From positions 19,654,001 through 19,718,000 of the forward strand of contig OZ281497.1 in the NCBI GenBank assembly GCA_965637545.1: a stretch of DNA of 64,000 nucleotides, read 5' to 3'. The notes under the pieces were generated by a model. That model made no database searches. It saw nothing but the letters and a program-made list of their open reading frames with translations, and was not told where the DNA came from. Below, piece by piece: positions 50,919 to 63,680 of this stretch (its first letter is position 1; every line of letters begins with the position of its first letter). The translations under genes were made by a program, and so were the position numbers. The stretch is from Phallusia mammillata (Eukaryota).

Positions 50919-53900
50919 TTACTGGGTGAGAACCATCGGGGGCAGCCGTCCACCAGATGGCGGTCTTCTCATCAGTTGATCCTCCAAATCCATGATCTGC
51001 AAATGTCACAAAAGATGTCAAACTTAAATAAAGAACAAAAGTAGCAATAAAGAAGTGGTTCTCAACAGTTGGTAAATGTATCCCCAGTGTGAATTTGACA
51101 TGTTATGGAAGAAATTTTGTATGAGCATAAACTATATTAGACCTACTGGATTAGTGTGTCCAGATATTTGGTAAAAGATGGAGGTAAATGAGATAAAAAA
51201 AACGGAGAAAATAATGGAAAATAGGTATTTTAATTGTCACCTGATTTCGAAGTTTTCGTATCTCAGACTTTTGTATGTCAACGATACGGGGAAGTTCCTC
51301 CTCAGGATTTTGTCTTAGAACACTTTGTCCACCACTTCCTTCAGAGCCTGCAATTATAACAGCATTGTAGCACATACCAAATTATACCTATGTTTTAAAA
51401 CTGTTTCAACAAACAGTGCTGTAGTGACCTGTTGCAGCGGTATCAGATCGTTTGGTGGCCTTACTTCCAGTCATATTTTTAGATCTGTTGGTGCCAAGTG
51501 TTGCTTCGAGGTCGTGCACCTGTGTACGCGTGGATTTCAACTCACGCCTTAAGTCGTTTATCTCCTTGATGAGAGTAACATTCTCCTGTAAACAAGGTCA
51601 AAATGTTGGATAACAAGTTTAAAACATCGCAAAAAATATAAATAGTCCATTCTTTCGAGAAAGGGGATAGTTTTCATGAAATGTGCAAAACCAAAACTAA
51701 ACATCCGCAGTCAAAGGCTTAGAAGATAACGGGGGCAAAGACAGACAAATGTTCGTTTTGCACACTAAAAGGAAAACACTTTGAAGCCCTGGGTGTGAAA
51801 GCAACACAATATCTAGTACTGTGATATTATGTTTATTGTATTTAGATTTACCTGCATTATGCGGACGTTGTCGGCTCGGTGAATTTCTGTGTCTTTCGAA
51901 AGCTTCTTACGAAGGGAAGCGACCGAACGCTCAAGGTGTTCACGTTGGCGAGAATATTCTTTTTGAATGTCCGTGTCAACACTCGCCGACTCAGCCTAAC
52001 ATACATCATGTTGGGGTTTTCGCCTGGCTAAAATGCGAGTAGTAAAAGGCGCAAACTTTCCTCGAGGGAAGGATTTTCCAGTGCATGCAAACATACTTTC
52101 GTTCAAAAAACATTGATAAATGATTTTATTTCGAATGGACTGTCCGTATTTGCACTCACAAACGAATTAAATATTTCTGTTTTCCCACAAGTTTTGGCAT
52201 AACGTTTGAGTGAAGCTTAATTACTGTAGTAAGTTAATTTGACCAGGAGATCCCATCTTACATTTTACTCATATAGTAAGGCCTTTAACAAATTTCCGGA
52301 AGCAAGCAGTGACCCATCCATGGAACAGGGGTGACTAATATATTACTCATATTTTCAGTCGCAATATAGTTTGCCATGGCATTGTTTTCAAAGGTGACTG
52401 GGGCCAGGTCAGTGCGTTTCCGTCTCAAAATAACTGCACTCCAAAACGAAAGAACCTGGTTGAACCAACGTCAAGGAGTTCTCACTCCCGAGATAATTGC
52501 TTGTTGAGTGCTTTTGTAACTGTCAAACACCCCTATTTGTCATGACTGTCATATCCATAGTAACTAAACAATACTAATTGAACATGCCACATTCCCTTTT
52601 ATGACAGTCAAAACGAGTATCTTTATAACAGCCGCGGCTTTATAATTTCCGAGTTAGCAATCTTACCACATCGTCATGCACGTACGCCTCGTATACTGAT
52701 TTGATGGATTCCTTGAGTTTCTTAGGCTCTTGGAGGAATCCCACGCAGTTGTGGATGTCAGTTTTCATTCTCTTGCTTACAGCCTCTGCATCACGAACCT
52801 GAAAAATAGGTATGCGTAAAATAGGAATTTCTGCTTTTCGGCAAATGCTCATGCCATCATCAGTGATATGAAGGCCACGTCAATTGCATCCATTTATATA
52901 CACTTAGTCGCATAAAAGAAACGTTTGAACAATAAAGCATGTCGCTTTTTACGTCTATTTGGGCCGTTATTTTTACCATTAAACTTATGAACAGATCCGT
53001 ATATAGTGTTCCTAAGCCTAATTGTTTTGTTTAAGCGCGATATCATTGTCGCGGTTTCCAAACAAAGCCCAAAAGTCAAGTTGAATCCACAAAATTTAAA
53101 GAAGGTTTTTTAGGAGAGGTTTGTGTGCCCTATTTAATGAAATGTGTGCTAAAATATTTACATGCTGACCACATTTTTCAGTCAGACGAAGCTTTTTGAA
53201 CTTTCAGGAACTTACCCTCTGTCGCTCATAGTGGAGCTCTTTGTCTGTAGCTCTCAACTTTTGCTTCAGTTCAGTAATGGTCAAATCGAGCTGTGTGTTC
53301 TGTTTGTGGAAGCGTTCCAATTCACTCTCCATTTCCTACAGACATGAGCAATTCTTGTAAACTTGCAATAAGAACGTATGATTGTGTGTTCCATAGAAAT
53401 CGTTATAAACGTACCTGGATCTGCTCCTTCATTGCTTTAATGTCGTTTTCTCGCGGTTCGATTTGTTTCTTCAGTTCTTTGATCTTGTAGTCGAGGACAA
53501 ACTTGAACTTCTCAAGTTCCTGATTCTTTTTCTTCAGATCGTAGATGCGCTTTTCCTGTTTACAAAAAAGCGCTAACATATAACACATCGCAACAACGAT
53601 ACACTTTGACAAAAATTTTGGAGAAAGTAAAGATATTAAAATCAAATCATAAGCCTGGTGTATGGAATAAAAAAACGAAACAAAACTCCGCATACCTTGT
53701 CTTGTATTGTTTCGTCCCTTTCCTGAATTTCCTTCTTCAGACCGTGAATGTCCTTCTCCAAGGACTTAATAACGTTTTCCAGTTTCTGCTTTTCCTGCTG
53801 CATGGTCTTGATTTCTTCGTTCTTGCTGTCAATCTCTTTGTTCAAGCTGTTAAACTGCACAATAATACAAAAAAAGGTGTTTCATAATTAAATAGATAAA

Positions 53901-56900
53901 GACATGTGAAGAGCCACAACAGTTGCAGCCGTTTATGTCCACTTGAGTCACGTAAAAGATAGAATATTTTCATCATTAAACTTACGAACAGATCCGTATA
54001 TAGTGTTGCAAATTACCTCTACATTTCAACGTTTTACTTGTCTTTTCATTTTGTTATACTTCACATTTATCACTACCTTCAGTTTCAACTTGTATATTTT
54101 ACAATTATGATACGAGTGTATGAATCAATAGCAACAAACCACTAAAAATAACTGTTGTTGGCCAAAACGATGTGGGAATAAACATTAGATGGCGCCCTAC
54201 CTTTTTGCGCATAATTCCCGACTCGCCCTTCAGTCTCATGTTGGTCTCGATCTCGTCGCGCAAACGTCGTTCATACTTGTTCTTGATGTCGAGAATCTCG
54301 CGGTCGGCGTCTTCCTCGATCTGGCGCTTGGTTTCTTCGTATTCGCGCTGTTGCTGTCGTGCCTCGTCATTCGCCTGAGAGACAGGTTGAGCACATTAGC
54401 CTTTCAAGCCGACCCGCTATTGAATCACGACCATCTGGTCTGGATCGCAGCGTGCCAGTTATTAGATTCACATGCAAGGGTGACGGAGATGGAACGACTC
54501 AGTGAGCAACTGATATGCCAAAGGTCAAAGGTCAGCCGTCGCGGGGCACTGATATGACGTCCTGGGTAAGGGTTGCTTTGATAAAGTTTAAACGGATAAA
54601 TAGAGTTAGTGTAGTTGGCCGAACCAGTGCCTGGGTACAAGGTACGTGTGGTGTTATAAGAGCAAAACATGTTTGGCTGAGCACTGTGTTAACCATAAGA
54701 CGCTCTTTGCCCGGCGGATTGCTACACTTTGGATGATTCCTAAAAGTTAGGAAGGTTGGCATAAAAGCACCAACGGTCAATCAGTCGCAAGTTTTATCGC
54801 AGGAAATTAAAATCCATCAAGCCTGAACTTCCTAACAACGCAGTTTACCTGAACAGTGCCTATCTATTCAACAGTTGCTTGTTTGTTAAATGGAATGCAT
54901 GTCTTATTATCGTATTACTAAAGATCTAACAAACAATGTGAAAAGTTTTTAGTTTTCTGTTTGTTCCAGCACAAATTACCTGTTCCAGCTGAGAGCTCTT
55001 TTCCTGAAGTTTGGTTTCGTAAAACTCGGTAAGCTCCTCTAGTGCTTGCTCCTTACTCTCATCCGCATCCTGGAGCTGTCTCTCATAATCTTCCTGCATC
55101 CGCTGTGACTTGGCTTGCAACTCCTGGTATTTCTCATATTCCAACATCAGCTTCTGGTTGTTGGTAGATTCTGTAGTAATATTATCATGTAGGTCTCATA
55201 ACAGAAACTTGTGGTATTGAGTGTAAAGTACAGGTTTAAAGGTGCCAACTATGCAAGAATCTATAGCGGGGCATAATCGTGTTTTCTTGATGACAATTGT
55301 TTCGCATTAGGTGCGACAAGACATGGTGATTTGTAATAAACTACCGACGAAAAAACTTGTGTCCGGGTTGAAAGAAAATATTCCTTGTGTTTCAAACGAC
55401 TAGAATTGTATGTCGGATCAGGCTTTTCAAAGCGATTTATTTATATAATTTTACAGGAATGTGCATGCAGACGGAATGGGTATTAATTTATTACGAACAG
55501 CCATACATTGGGCAGATCTTCACGAAATACCGTCAGCCAAATTGTATTATTCGTTAAACTTTTGGGCCAATCTATGGCTTTTTAATAACATTTTCGGATT
55601 CGGACCGAAAAAAGTTAGATCCTGGTTACACTCACCAGGCACCACCATTAAGATTGTCATACCGTCGGTTTGCAAAAAAAAACTTAATAAATGTATAAAT
55701 CTCACCCAGGTCTTGCATGTCCTTTGAGTGTTTATCGACGACCTCAGCCAACTCTTCTTCATGTTTTGCAATTTCCTTTTCCTTCTCAGTTTTCAAAACT
55801 TGATTTTTGGTTTTCAAGCTTTCCATTTCCTGTAAAACACAATAAATAAAAAAAAATGCACGAAAGCACAACAAGAAGAAGTTGTAAAAGTCACTTTTTT
55901 TTACTTTGAAATCGGGTCATTTAAATTTTTGGATTTGAGACAAATGAATGAATTTCTACCTGGATAAATTTCTCAGTTAGTTCCTTGATCTTTTCATTGT
56001 AATTCATATCTTTCAGTCGAAGTTGGTATTCGTTTTCCATCTTCAGCTCTTCAACCCTCGTTTTCAGTTCCGACATCAGTTGATTCTAAGGTGCAAAAAA
56101 GACCATTGATCCAACAGGCCCTTTAGCATGAATTTTTCGCAATTTGCAACAAATCTTTGAAAAATACCTTTTCTTCGAGATCGGACTTGGTGATGAGAAT
56201 CTCCTCAGCGTAGGGGACTTCCCTGTCGTGTTTTACTCCCCTCCCTTCTTTGTCAGAAACTCGCCAGATCGCCAAACACGCGTCCTCGGACACAGTCACC
56301 AGGAACTGATCGTCGTAAGTTATTTTCATCTGGAATCAAAATCATGAGGTTAAAAGGTTTGCGTGCCATATTTCTGAGGTTTTGAAATGTCATGTTAGGT
56401 TTTGTCTGGTTTAAAATCAAATACAGGTAAAAGCATTAACCGCAGGTTACCCCGAAGAAAGTGAATTTCTGTGCATTTAAACATACTTGATTTACACGTT
56501 TTGGATTTTGGTTTGAAATTCGTTGAATATTAAAAATAAAAAGATTATGTAACTATTTGTGACCTATACATCATCTTACGATTTAAATAAAACTAATCCT
56601 GTATTATGTGCATTTGTTTTGCAAACCTTGGTTATTTGTGATGCGTGTCCCTGATGTTCCGTCCATTCACCAACATCAGTGAGTGGATATTTGATGGAAC
56701 GAAGAGCTCCGGTCATTGTACCACAGAAGAGCATTCTCCCGCTATGGGACATCGCCACTTGGGTGAGGGTCATTCCACTTGCATCCACAGTTCTCAGGAT
56801 CTACAAAAAAATTGATATGTTTTGGCATATTGACAAATTTGTACAAGGTTTGTTCGAAGCGATGCTGTTTTATATAGCGCGGCATCTTAGCCATCTTCCA

Positions 56901-59900
56901 AAGTCAAAACTTGTGACCAGCCTACGTTTAAGTGTAATGCAATAAGGAAGTAAAGCCGTAAGCGATTTAATCTACCAAAGCACATAACGCTTTATATTAC
57001 GGTGTTGCTGCAGCGCGTTCAGCCATCATCCACCAATTGCGCCCGCCACTTTTTTGCCATTTTATAACGTTTCAACGTTTAAATTTCCAACTTGGTGATT
57101 GTTTAAATTTCCAACTTGGTGATTAATTGTGTTGCTCAACTCAACTCAACTCAACTCAAGCATTAACAAATTGTTGTTAATAACAATCCCGTAATATATA
57201 AAGAGTAGCCAAGTCGTACTGAAAAGTGTACCAGTGGTAAGTAAAAAGTTTTGTTGTACAAAACTACTGGTCGGGAAATTTAGCGATTTGAACAAACCTG
57301 CGATTCGGTGATTTCCTTGATAGTTTTGTCTGAGCCAACAGCGTATGTGTGCTTGCCGCTAGGTGACACTGCAACTCCGGAGTAAGCGCAAGTTTTTAGC
57401 ACGACCTCGTTCATCCGCTTGGCGGCAGTAGGGGACCACTCATACACAGCGCCGTCCATTCCACTGGAAATCAACTTGCTGTCGTCGGCACTCCAAGCGA
57501 TCGCACGAACCTGTGAATACGGAGATTGTGAAAAAAACTTGAACAATGCATTTAGCACACTGTTCGGTCGCTTTGATTAAAACTTTTTTGTGCAGGATAT
57601 CTTTTAGATTATCTTTGATTTTAACCCTCATAAAACACCACAAGTTTATATGCCCATACCAACTAAAAATGACCACAAGCTGAATTCTACAAATCTGAGT
57701 AAAACACTGTTAAGGGATTAGACCAGTTGGTTTACTTCATAAAAGATTGGTAAACAATAAAGGATTTCGGAAATATGTACAATATGTCTACTCTGTAACA
57801 CAAAACTTATAACACTAAACAGTGGGACAACTTGCATATGCAAAAATCAATTTCCACTAGTTGCATGCCAAATAGGCAAATTATTAACAACATAAAAAAT
57901 GTATGCTGCAGACACAACAAACCTTGCCATTGTGACCCTTTAGGTTGGAGACATTTTCAAATGTTGTGGAAGAGTAAACTTGGATAACATTTCCATGCAC
58001 GGCAGCAAACAGATGTCCACCATTGCTGAATGCACACTAGAAAAAAAGTATGCCTTTACAAATACTGTCGAAGTACTTTAATAATACTGAATTTAATAAA
58101 TCAAAGAGCTATGAATTTAAAAGTCATTTGCTATTACAAAGATGTTTTTAGTTTTACCTCTCTGCACCCTCTGATAGTAAGCTCTTTGAACATCCGGATG
58201 TCATCAATAAGAATGTTCATCATTCTTAACTTGTCACTGAAGCCAACCAGTATATAGAGACCAGAGGGATGCAGAGCAATGCTGTATGCCTCTTCTTGGA
58301 AAACCTTGTATAGTTCAAGGGTGCTGGGAACAAAATATTTTCTTATTCCTTAGCAAAAGTATTTTTTGTTGTTTCATATAAATCAGATACAACCAGTGGT
58401 GGGATTCAGCCAGTTCGCACCAGTTCTATAGAACCATCCCACGAATTTTTATGACATCAGCGAACCGGTTAGCATTACTGGTTGCTGTCAATAAACTGAC
58501 TGAAAATATGACTTTGTGATAGAACCGGCTGACAAAAAATTGAAATCTCACTACTGGATACAACCACTGGGAAACGGCTAGTAACTTTATTATTAAACAA
58601 AAAAATGGTAAAATTACTCACTTGGTTTCATAATTCCATATTCTGACTGATCGATCCAGTGAGCATGTTGCAATAAGCGGTTTGCGAATACAGACGTCAA
58701 GACCAGTGATGCTGCTGCTATGAAAGGAGTGTGTGAGTGGTTCAAAAGTTGCTTGTTCACCTGCAAATAAACACAGATGTCAAGAAAATCATACTGAGTT
58801 AAGTAAAGTAAAGCATAGGAATAGGGTTTTTCAATAAACAAGGCATTCATTCATTTTATGAGAAAAAAAATATTTACAAGTTCTATCAAGACAAGAATGG
58901 ATTTCACGTTAACCCACCTTTTCCCAGATCAGCAGAAGATAATGCAATTCCATACAGCTGACTATGGTCAGTAGCTGCCACCAACATTTCCTCACTTGGA
59001 CTTACTGTCAATGCCACAATTAACTGATTTTCAGCTTGTGTAGGATCAGTGCTATGTGGGTCGGGTGGTATCTGAAAACATAATTTCCAGGCATTCAATA
59101 AAATAGATGACATCAAAACATTTTAAATGTACAAAGCTTACTTTAACAATTCTTGTTTTGCGATAGAAGTCTTTCTCGTCAGTCTTCTCAAACAAGTGCA
59201 CAGACCCTGTCCCACCAGCACAGGCAAAACCTTTAGAATGAGCAACGACTGATGTGATTTGGGTTGTGCCAAGTCCACTACCTGATGCACTCACAGCATC
59301 CTCAGGAATCACACTTGTACTGGCCCTGTTGGACATGTTTATTGCAAACACTTTCGCATTCATATGAAAGAAAGTCGTATGTGCATCAACTGACCTTATG
59401 CTGTTGGTCTCAGCAGTAGATCCTGCAGGCAGAGCAGCATGAAATTCAGACTTTAGTTCTCCATTTTCAAACAATAGCAATCTTCCAGTGTCACTTCCCA
59501 CTACAACACGCTCATCAGAAACCTGTTAATTGATTTATAATCATGCATTTATACTGGTAAATTACTTCAAAAAAGCTGGTAAAAACGGCCTACCCAGGCA
59601 TGTGACAGGTAGTTTTGTGGTTCCATTTTTTGAAAGCCAAACTGCTTCAGGTTGCCCTCAGCATACCGAAAAAGTTTGAAGATGTGATTTCCAGTAACAC
59701 AAATTTGAGTGTTGTCTTGAGGATTAAAGCTAACCTGTTATTACAGGACATAGTTTTAAATATATTCACGTAGTGTCGCTCAAGCCCAAAACAAAGTATA
59801 ACTCGAGTTTACCTGATAGACTGGCTGGCCAGTTTGGTTTGTGGTTTTCATTGTAGCCATAATTTTTGACTTTTCCCAAGCCCAATACACAAGCATCCAT

Positions 59901-60411
59901 TCTGGTCTAGCCCCTTGAGCTATTAGGTACTTTGAGTCTGGGGAAAATGCAAGGCTCACAAATTCATGAGTTTGTAGATCGGGTGCAGTCAGAGTCTAGA
60001 TTTAAAAAAGGAATATAAAAACACTTAGTAAGGAAGTAAAACACCTTAATACGATTTGTTACCTTCCTCTTCTTTGATTGATCGTGCAACATATCATACA
60101 CAGTGACAGTTGGCTTTTCACCTTTTTCCGCAATTGCCACATAACGTCTGTTAGGACTGAGAGCTATTGCAGTCATACCTAACACATATGTTTAATATTA
60201 GTTTATATTTAACAAAAAGCATAACAGCAAACTTACCTTGTGATTTTTCGGATCCAGGTATAAATCTCTGCTGCTTTTGATCAATGTTAAATCGAATCAC
60301 CTGGTTGCCAGATGGAAAGACTATCGTCTGCTCATCCAGATAGCTAATGCTACCTGTTATGCTGGGCCGAAGCCCGAACATGTGGTGTGATTGTGCCACT
60401 GCTATGGCCAT
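50919..60411 (-). CDS. CFAP57: Cilia- and flagella-associated protein 57 (WDR65), complete, about 25 exons
   Basis: First exons 60411-60237, 60178-60063, 59995-59813, 59734-59594; last exon 50996-50919. Motifs [142 protein letters not shown]. Confidence 0.96.
54522..54534 (+). promoter_or_regulatory. Perfect DR1 nuclear-receptor response element in a CFAP57 intron
   Basis: AGGTCA-A-AGGTCA, exact consensus, inside a GC-richer intronic block (~54390-54730). Confidence 0.45.
57077..57159. repeat. 24-bp tandem duplication followed by a (CTCAA)5 microsatellite
   Basis: GTTTAAATTTCCAACTTGGTGATT x2 at 57077-57124; CTCAA x5 at 57135-57159. Confidence 0.9.
58394..58556. mobile_element. hAT MITE, 163 bp, in a CFAP57 intron
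   Basis: Imperfect TIRs CAGTGGTGGGATT and AATCTCACTACTG; perfect 8-bp TSD GATACAAC at 58386-58393 and 58557-58564; internal GAACCGG motifs. Confidence 0.88.
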
Positions 60412-61113
60412 GATGAAGCACAGCTGATTTGCTGGTAAACTAATTTGCACAAATCAGTTTTCCTAAATCTTAACTCATACACTGTAACAAGTCATGCAGT
60501 AATTTCAATCATGGCTGCATTTTAGGAAAGATTGTTAACATAATTTTTTACATTTATAAACAGAACAAAATTCAGTGTGAAAACCACCAAATTGGTCCCT
60601 GTATTTATTTGTTTTACAAAAACAACTGCATTTTGCCTTTATAAGCATCAACTGTGTCTGAAAACAATACAAAAACGGGAGACAAAACAGACACTGATGA
60701 TGCTTATAAAAGCGAGTGCATTTGTTTTATAAAACCAATAAAATATAGCAACCGATTTTGTGCTTTTCACACTGACTTTTCTTGATCTGATTTTAATGAC
60801 CCTGAATCGTCGCAGTTGCTTTATTTGAAATAAGACTTCATTAATAAGAAAAGATTTACCACGATACACAGAGCTGTTAAGCAATCTTAAACTGCTGTAT
60901 TTAAAAATAAGTTGTTAGAGTGAAAATTTTCAACCATTTACAACAAAGATCTTTTGTATTTTTTTTTCCTTTTATAAATTCTGCAATTTCATGTACAAGC
61001 AATACAAACGAATTAATTGACAACCAAACACTTAGATTCAAACATATTTTAGAAAAAAATCATTCAACATCTCCGATTCTCCGTCCACAAGTTAAAATCT
61101 AAAGTAAATTTTA

Positions 61114-61127
61114 GTTGCCATGGTCAC
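61114..61127. promoter_or_regulatory. RFX X-box upstream of CFAP57
   Basis: GTTGCCATGGTCAC, near-consensus with an imperfect 3' half-site, ~700 bp upstream of the ATG of a motile-cilia gene. Confidence 0.65.
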
Positions 61128-62392
61128 GTTATGACGACACCTAGCGTTCGTGTACAAAACGCGTGGGGTAAAATATTGGGGGTTGCCTTATTTTAAAAAA
61201 ATTCGTAAATTAAACAAAAATATATTTTAAAAGTTTGTCCTAATTGCATAAAATGTGGTATACCCATGCATCGGGTTATGTTCACCGGCAAAGCGAAGCA
61301 ATGCTTGCTTTCCATTGACGTACCATTTTTTTGAAGTTATCTCTCTGCAATGGCATAAACATCATGCTTACCGTATAGTTGGATTATTGACTTGGAAGAT
61401 AACGAATATATCTCATTAGGTCCGATTAGGATTATGTTATGACTACATATTTAAATTCATTAGGATTGTTCCTGTATGTTCTTGCATTATAGCCTATACT
61501 TCAAGACGCAACTTTAAAAAAGAAAAGCATTTTTATCGCAATTGCGCAAGAAGTATGACTCGTACAAATAGCTGTCATGTTCACAAGGGAAGAACAAATG
61601 TTTGAAGTCAAATAAAACACCTCCGTTCTTTATGTGATGCGATACTACAAAGGGCCTCCTATAGTCTCTTCACTATCTGCGCTATTTTAGTGACACACTC
61701 TTACCAGAAATCATCGCAACAAAGCCTATGTGTCATATTTTTGGTAACGCCTATAACTCAACATTTACTATATCACTTAAGTAACGGATGTGTGCTACAC
61801 AAGAAGGATATGTCCTGATAAGCAAATGTAATTCTAATTAACGCACCAAGATAGGAATAGAGGATTCAACAAAAGGCAGCAATGTGTCAAAAAGTAGTAG
61901 ACATGAAATTACAACATAAAAAACAAAACACACAAAGACGTCAAATGCATTGGTAAAAGTAAAATTAAAAAAAAGACGTCAAATAATTACATTGGTAAGA
62001 AAAATCTTGGATTACAAAACATATGTTGATTTTAGTAATGGTTCGGAAAAATCGCGAAATTAAAAGTATTTTAAACTTTTTAGAACACCAACAGCTGCCA
62101 GCATTAATAAAAAATCATCCTTTTTATCCGCGGCGTGTGTTTGCCAATGGAAGCGAGGGAAAAGAAAAACTGCTGCCCCCGCCTTAAGTAAAACTTGCAC
62201 CCGCTTAAACGGTAAGGAGAAACTAACATAATTGCTTGCGGACCCTTTCTTATTTTAGGCTGCCCAAAAAAAGAGTTGTGTAATCATTGACGTGTGCGTG
62301 CATTGCGTCCGAAACTGTGCAAACAGGATCGTGACGGTTCCCAGGCGAATTCATATTCGGATACCCTTTTTTTCCCAAGCAGGTCGCGCCTG

Positions 62393-62400
62393 TATAAAAA
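62393..62400 (+). promoter_or_regulatory. Candidate TATA box of the neuropeptide gene
   Basis: TATAAAAA preceded by GC-rich CGCGCC, ~270 bp upstream of the ATG; strong acceptor TTACTTTGCAG at 62601-62611 in the 5' UTR. Confidence 0.45.
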
Positions 62401-62667
62401 CGTCGAAGAGCATCCCATAAGATCATGTCTTCAGTCTTTGGACAGCATGGGCGTTCGTGGTAGAAAAGAAGAGCACAGCCTATATGAATTGAGGAATATT
62501 GTTAAGCACCAACGCTTAGACCAAGAAGAAAATTACAATATATACAAAACTATTTTATTTTCTGTGTATTTATCACTAAAATGTCGAATTTTAACCTTTT
62601 TTACTTTGCAGAAAAAACATTTTTTATTTATTAAACTATTGTCGAAAATTGATATTTAAAAAACAAT

Positions 62668-63680
62668 ATGAGTATGCATCACAAATCAAACATGTTCCAA
62701 TGGCTTCTCGCTGCGGGATTTCTACTTGTTGCCGTTTCAGCTGCCGACGCCGATCATTGGACAAAGTGGTTTAAACCAGGAATGCAAAATACGGGCGGAA
62801 AGAGGTATTAAAAAAAACTCTTTTTGTTCGTAAATTTTGCAATACGTCAAAAATGTTCTTTTTTGAATAAAAACAACAACAGCAACAAATTTGTCCCGAC
62901 AGTTCAATTTATCATGCAAATTATAACTTAACAGAAATGTGACTTTAAATAAAGTCGTTTTCTTAAAAAATAACCCTAAACCCGATCTAAGAGTCCCTAC
63001 CCGACTTTCGACTCTGATATAAATTCCGGCCGAACCATTTTTGTTTTTAGCTGAACAAATTTTAACAACAAAAGAAAATTATTTTAATTTGTAATCTCAT
63101 ATTAATTTTTTCTTTACAGGAGCACAAACGATTTAAATATGGAAAGGCTGTTTAACTACAGAATAAGCAGGCCGACCATAGACAGTGCGGGTCTCTACGA
63201 CAAATTTGATCACGCTATTACCGCCGAACTTATGAAAACAAGCCGAGACAATCTAATGGGACTGCTCCGGGTAAGTTTTGCACCTCTTTAAAATTTAAAT
63301 TGAAACAAACAGCAGACCTTTAAATTGTTTATCGTTTTATACAGGCGTTGGCGCAGGACGCAGTTGCAAAAGAAAACGGCGAATATTCGGTAAGGAAAAC
63401 AATCTTTATTTTATGAGCGCTGTACTTCCAGTGGACTCTTTATATGCGTATTTTCGGTTTTCAATTTTTCTCAAATGAAAAAACATTCACGCACTTTTAG
63501 AGCAGTGTTTTACCAATTTGTCCTTACACTCACTTTCTGTGAAACAAACGTTTTAGTTTGACAGACAAAAAGTGTTTTGTGAACATTAAAACTCTTTAGT
63601 TGGGTTGCGGTAGTTTTAATAATATTAAATAATCTTCTCTTTCACAGAACAACGTCGATGAATGGACAAATCGAGATTAG
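62668..63680 (+). CDS. GnRH-family (GnRH-X-like) neuropeptide precursor, 121 aa, 4 coding exons
   Basis: Exons 62668-62804, 63120-63270, 63345-63389, 63648-63680 (GT-AG, in phase). Translation: MSMHHKSNMFQWLLAAGFLLVAVSAADA-DHWTKWFKPGMQNTG-GKR-STNDLNMERLFNYRISRPTIDSAGLYDKFDHAITAELMKTSRDNLMGLLRALAQDAVAKENGEYSNNVDEWTNRD*. It has a signal peptide, an HW.....PG core, an amide-donor Gly and a dibasic site. Confidence 0.85.

Noticed and set aside
62294-62659. 121-aa ORF upstream of the neuropeptide gene
   Set aside because: Starts at GTG, spans the TATA box, 5' UTR and a T-rich acceptor tract, and has no recognisable motif.
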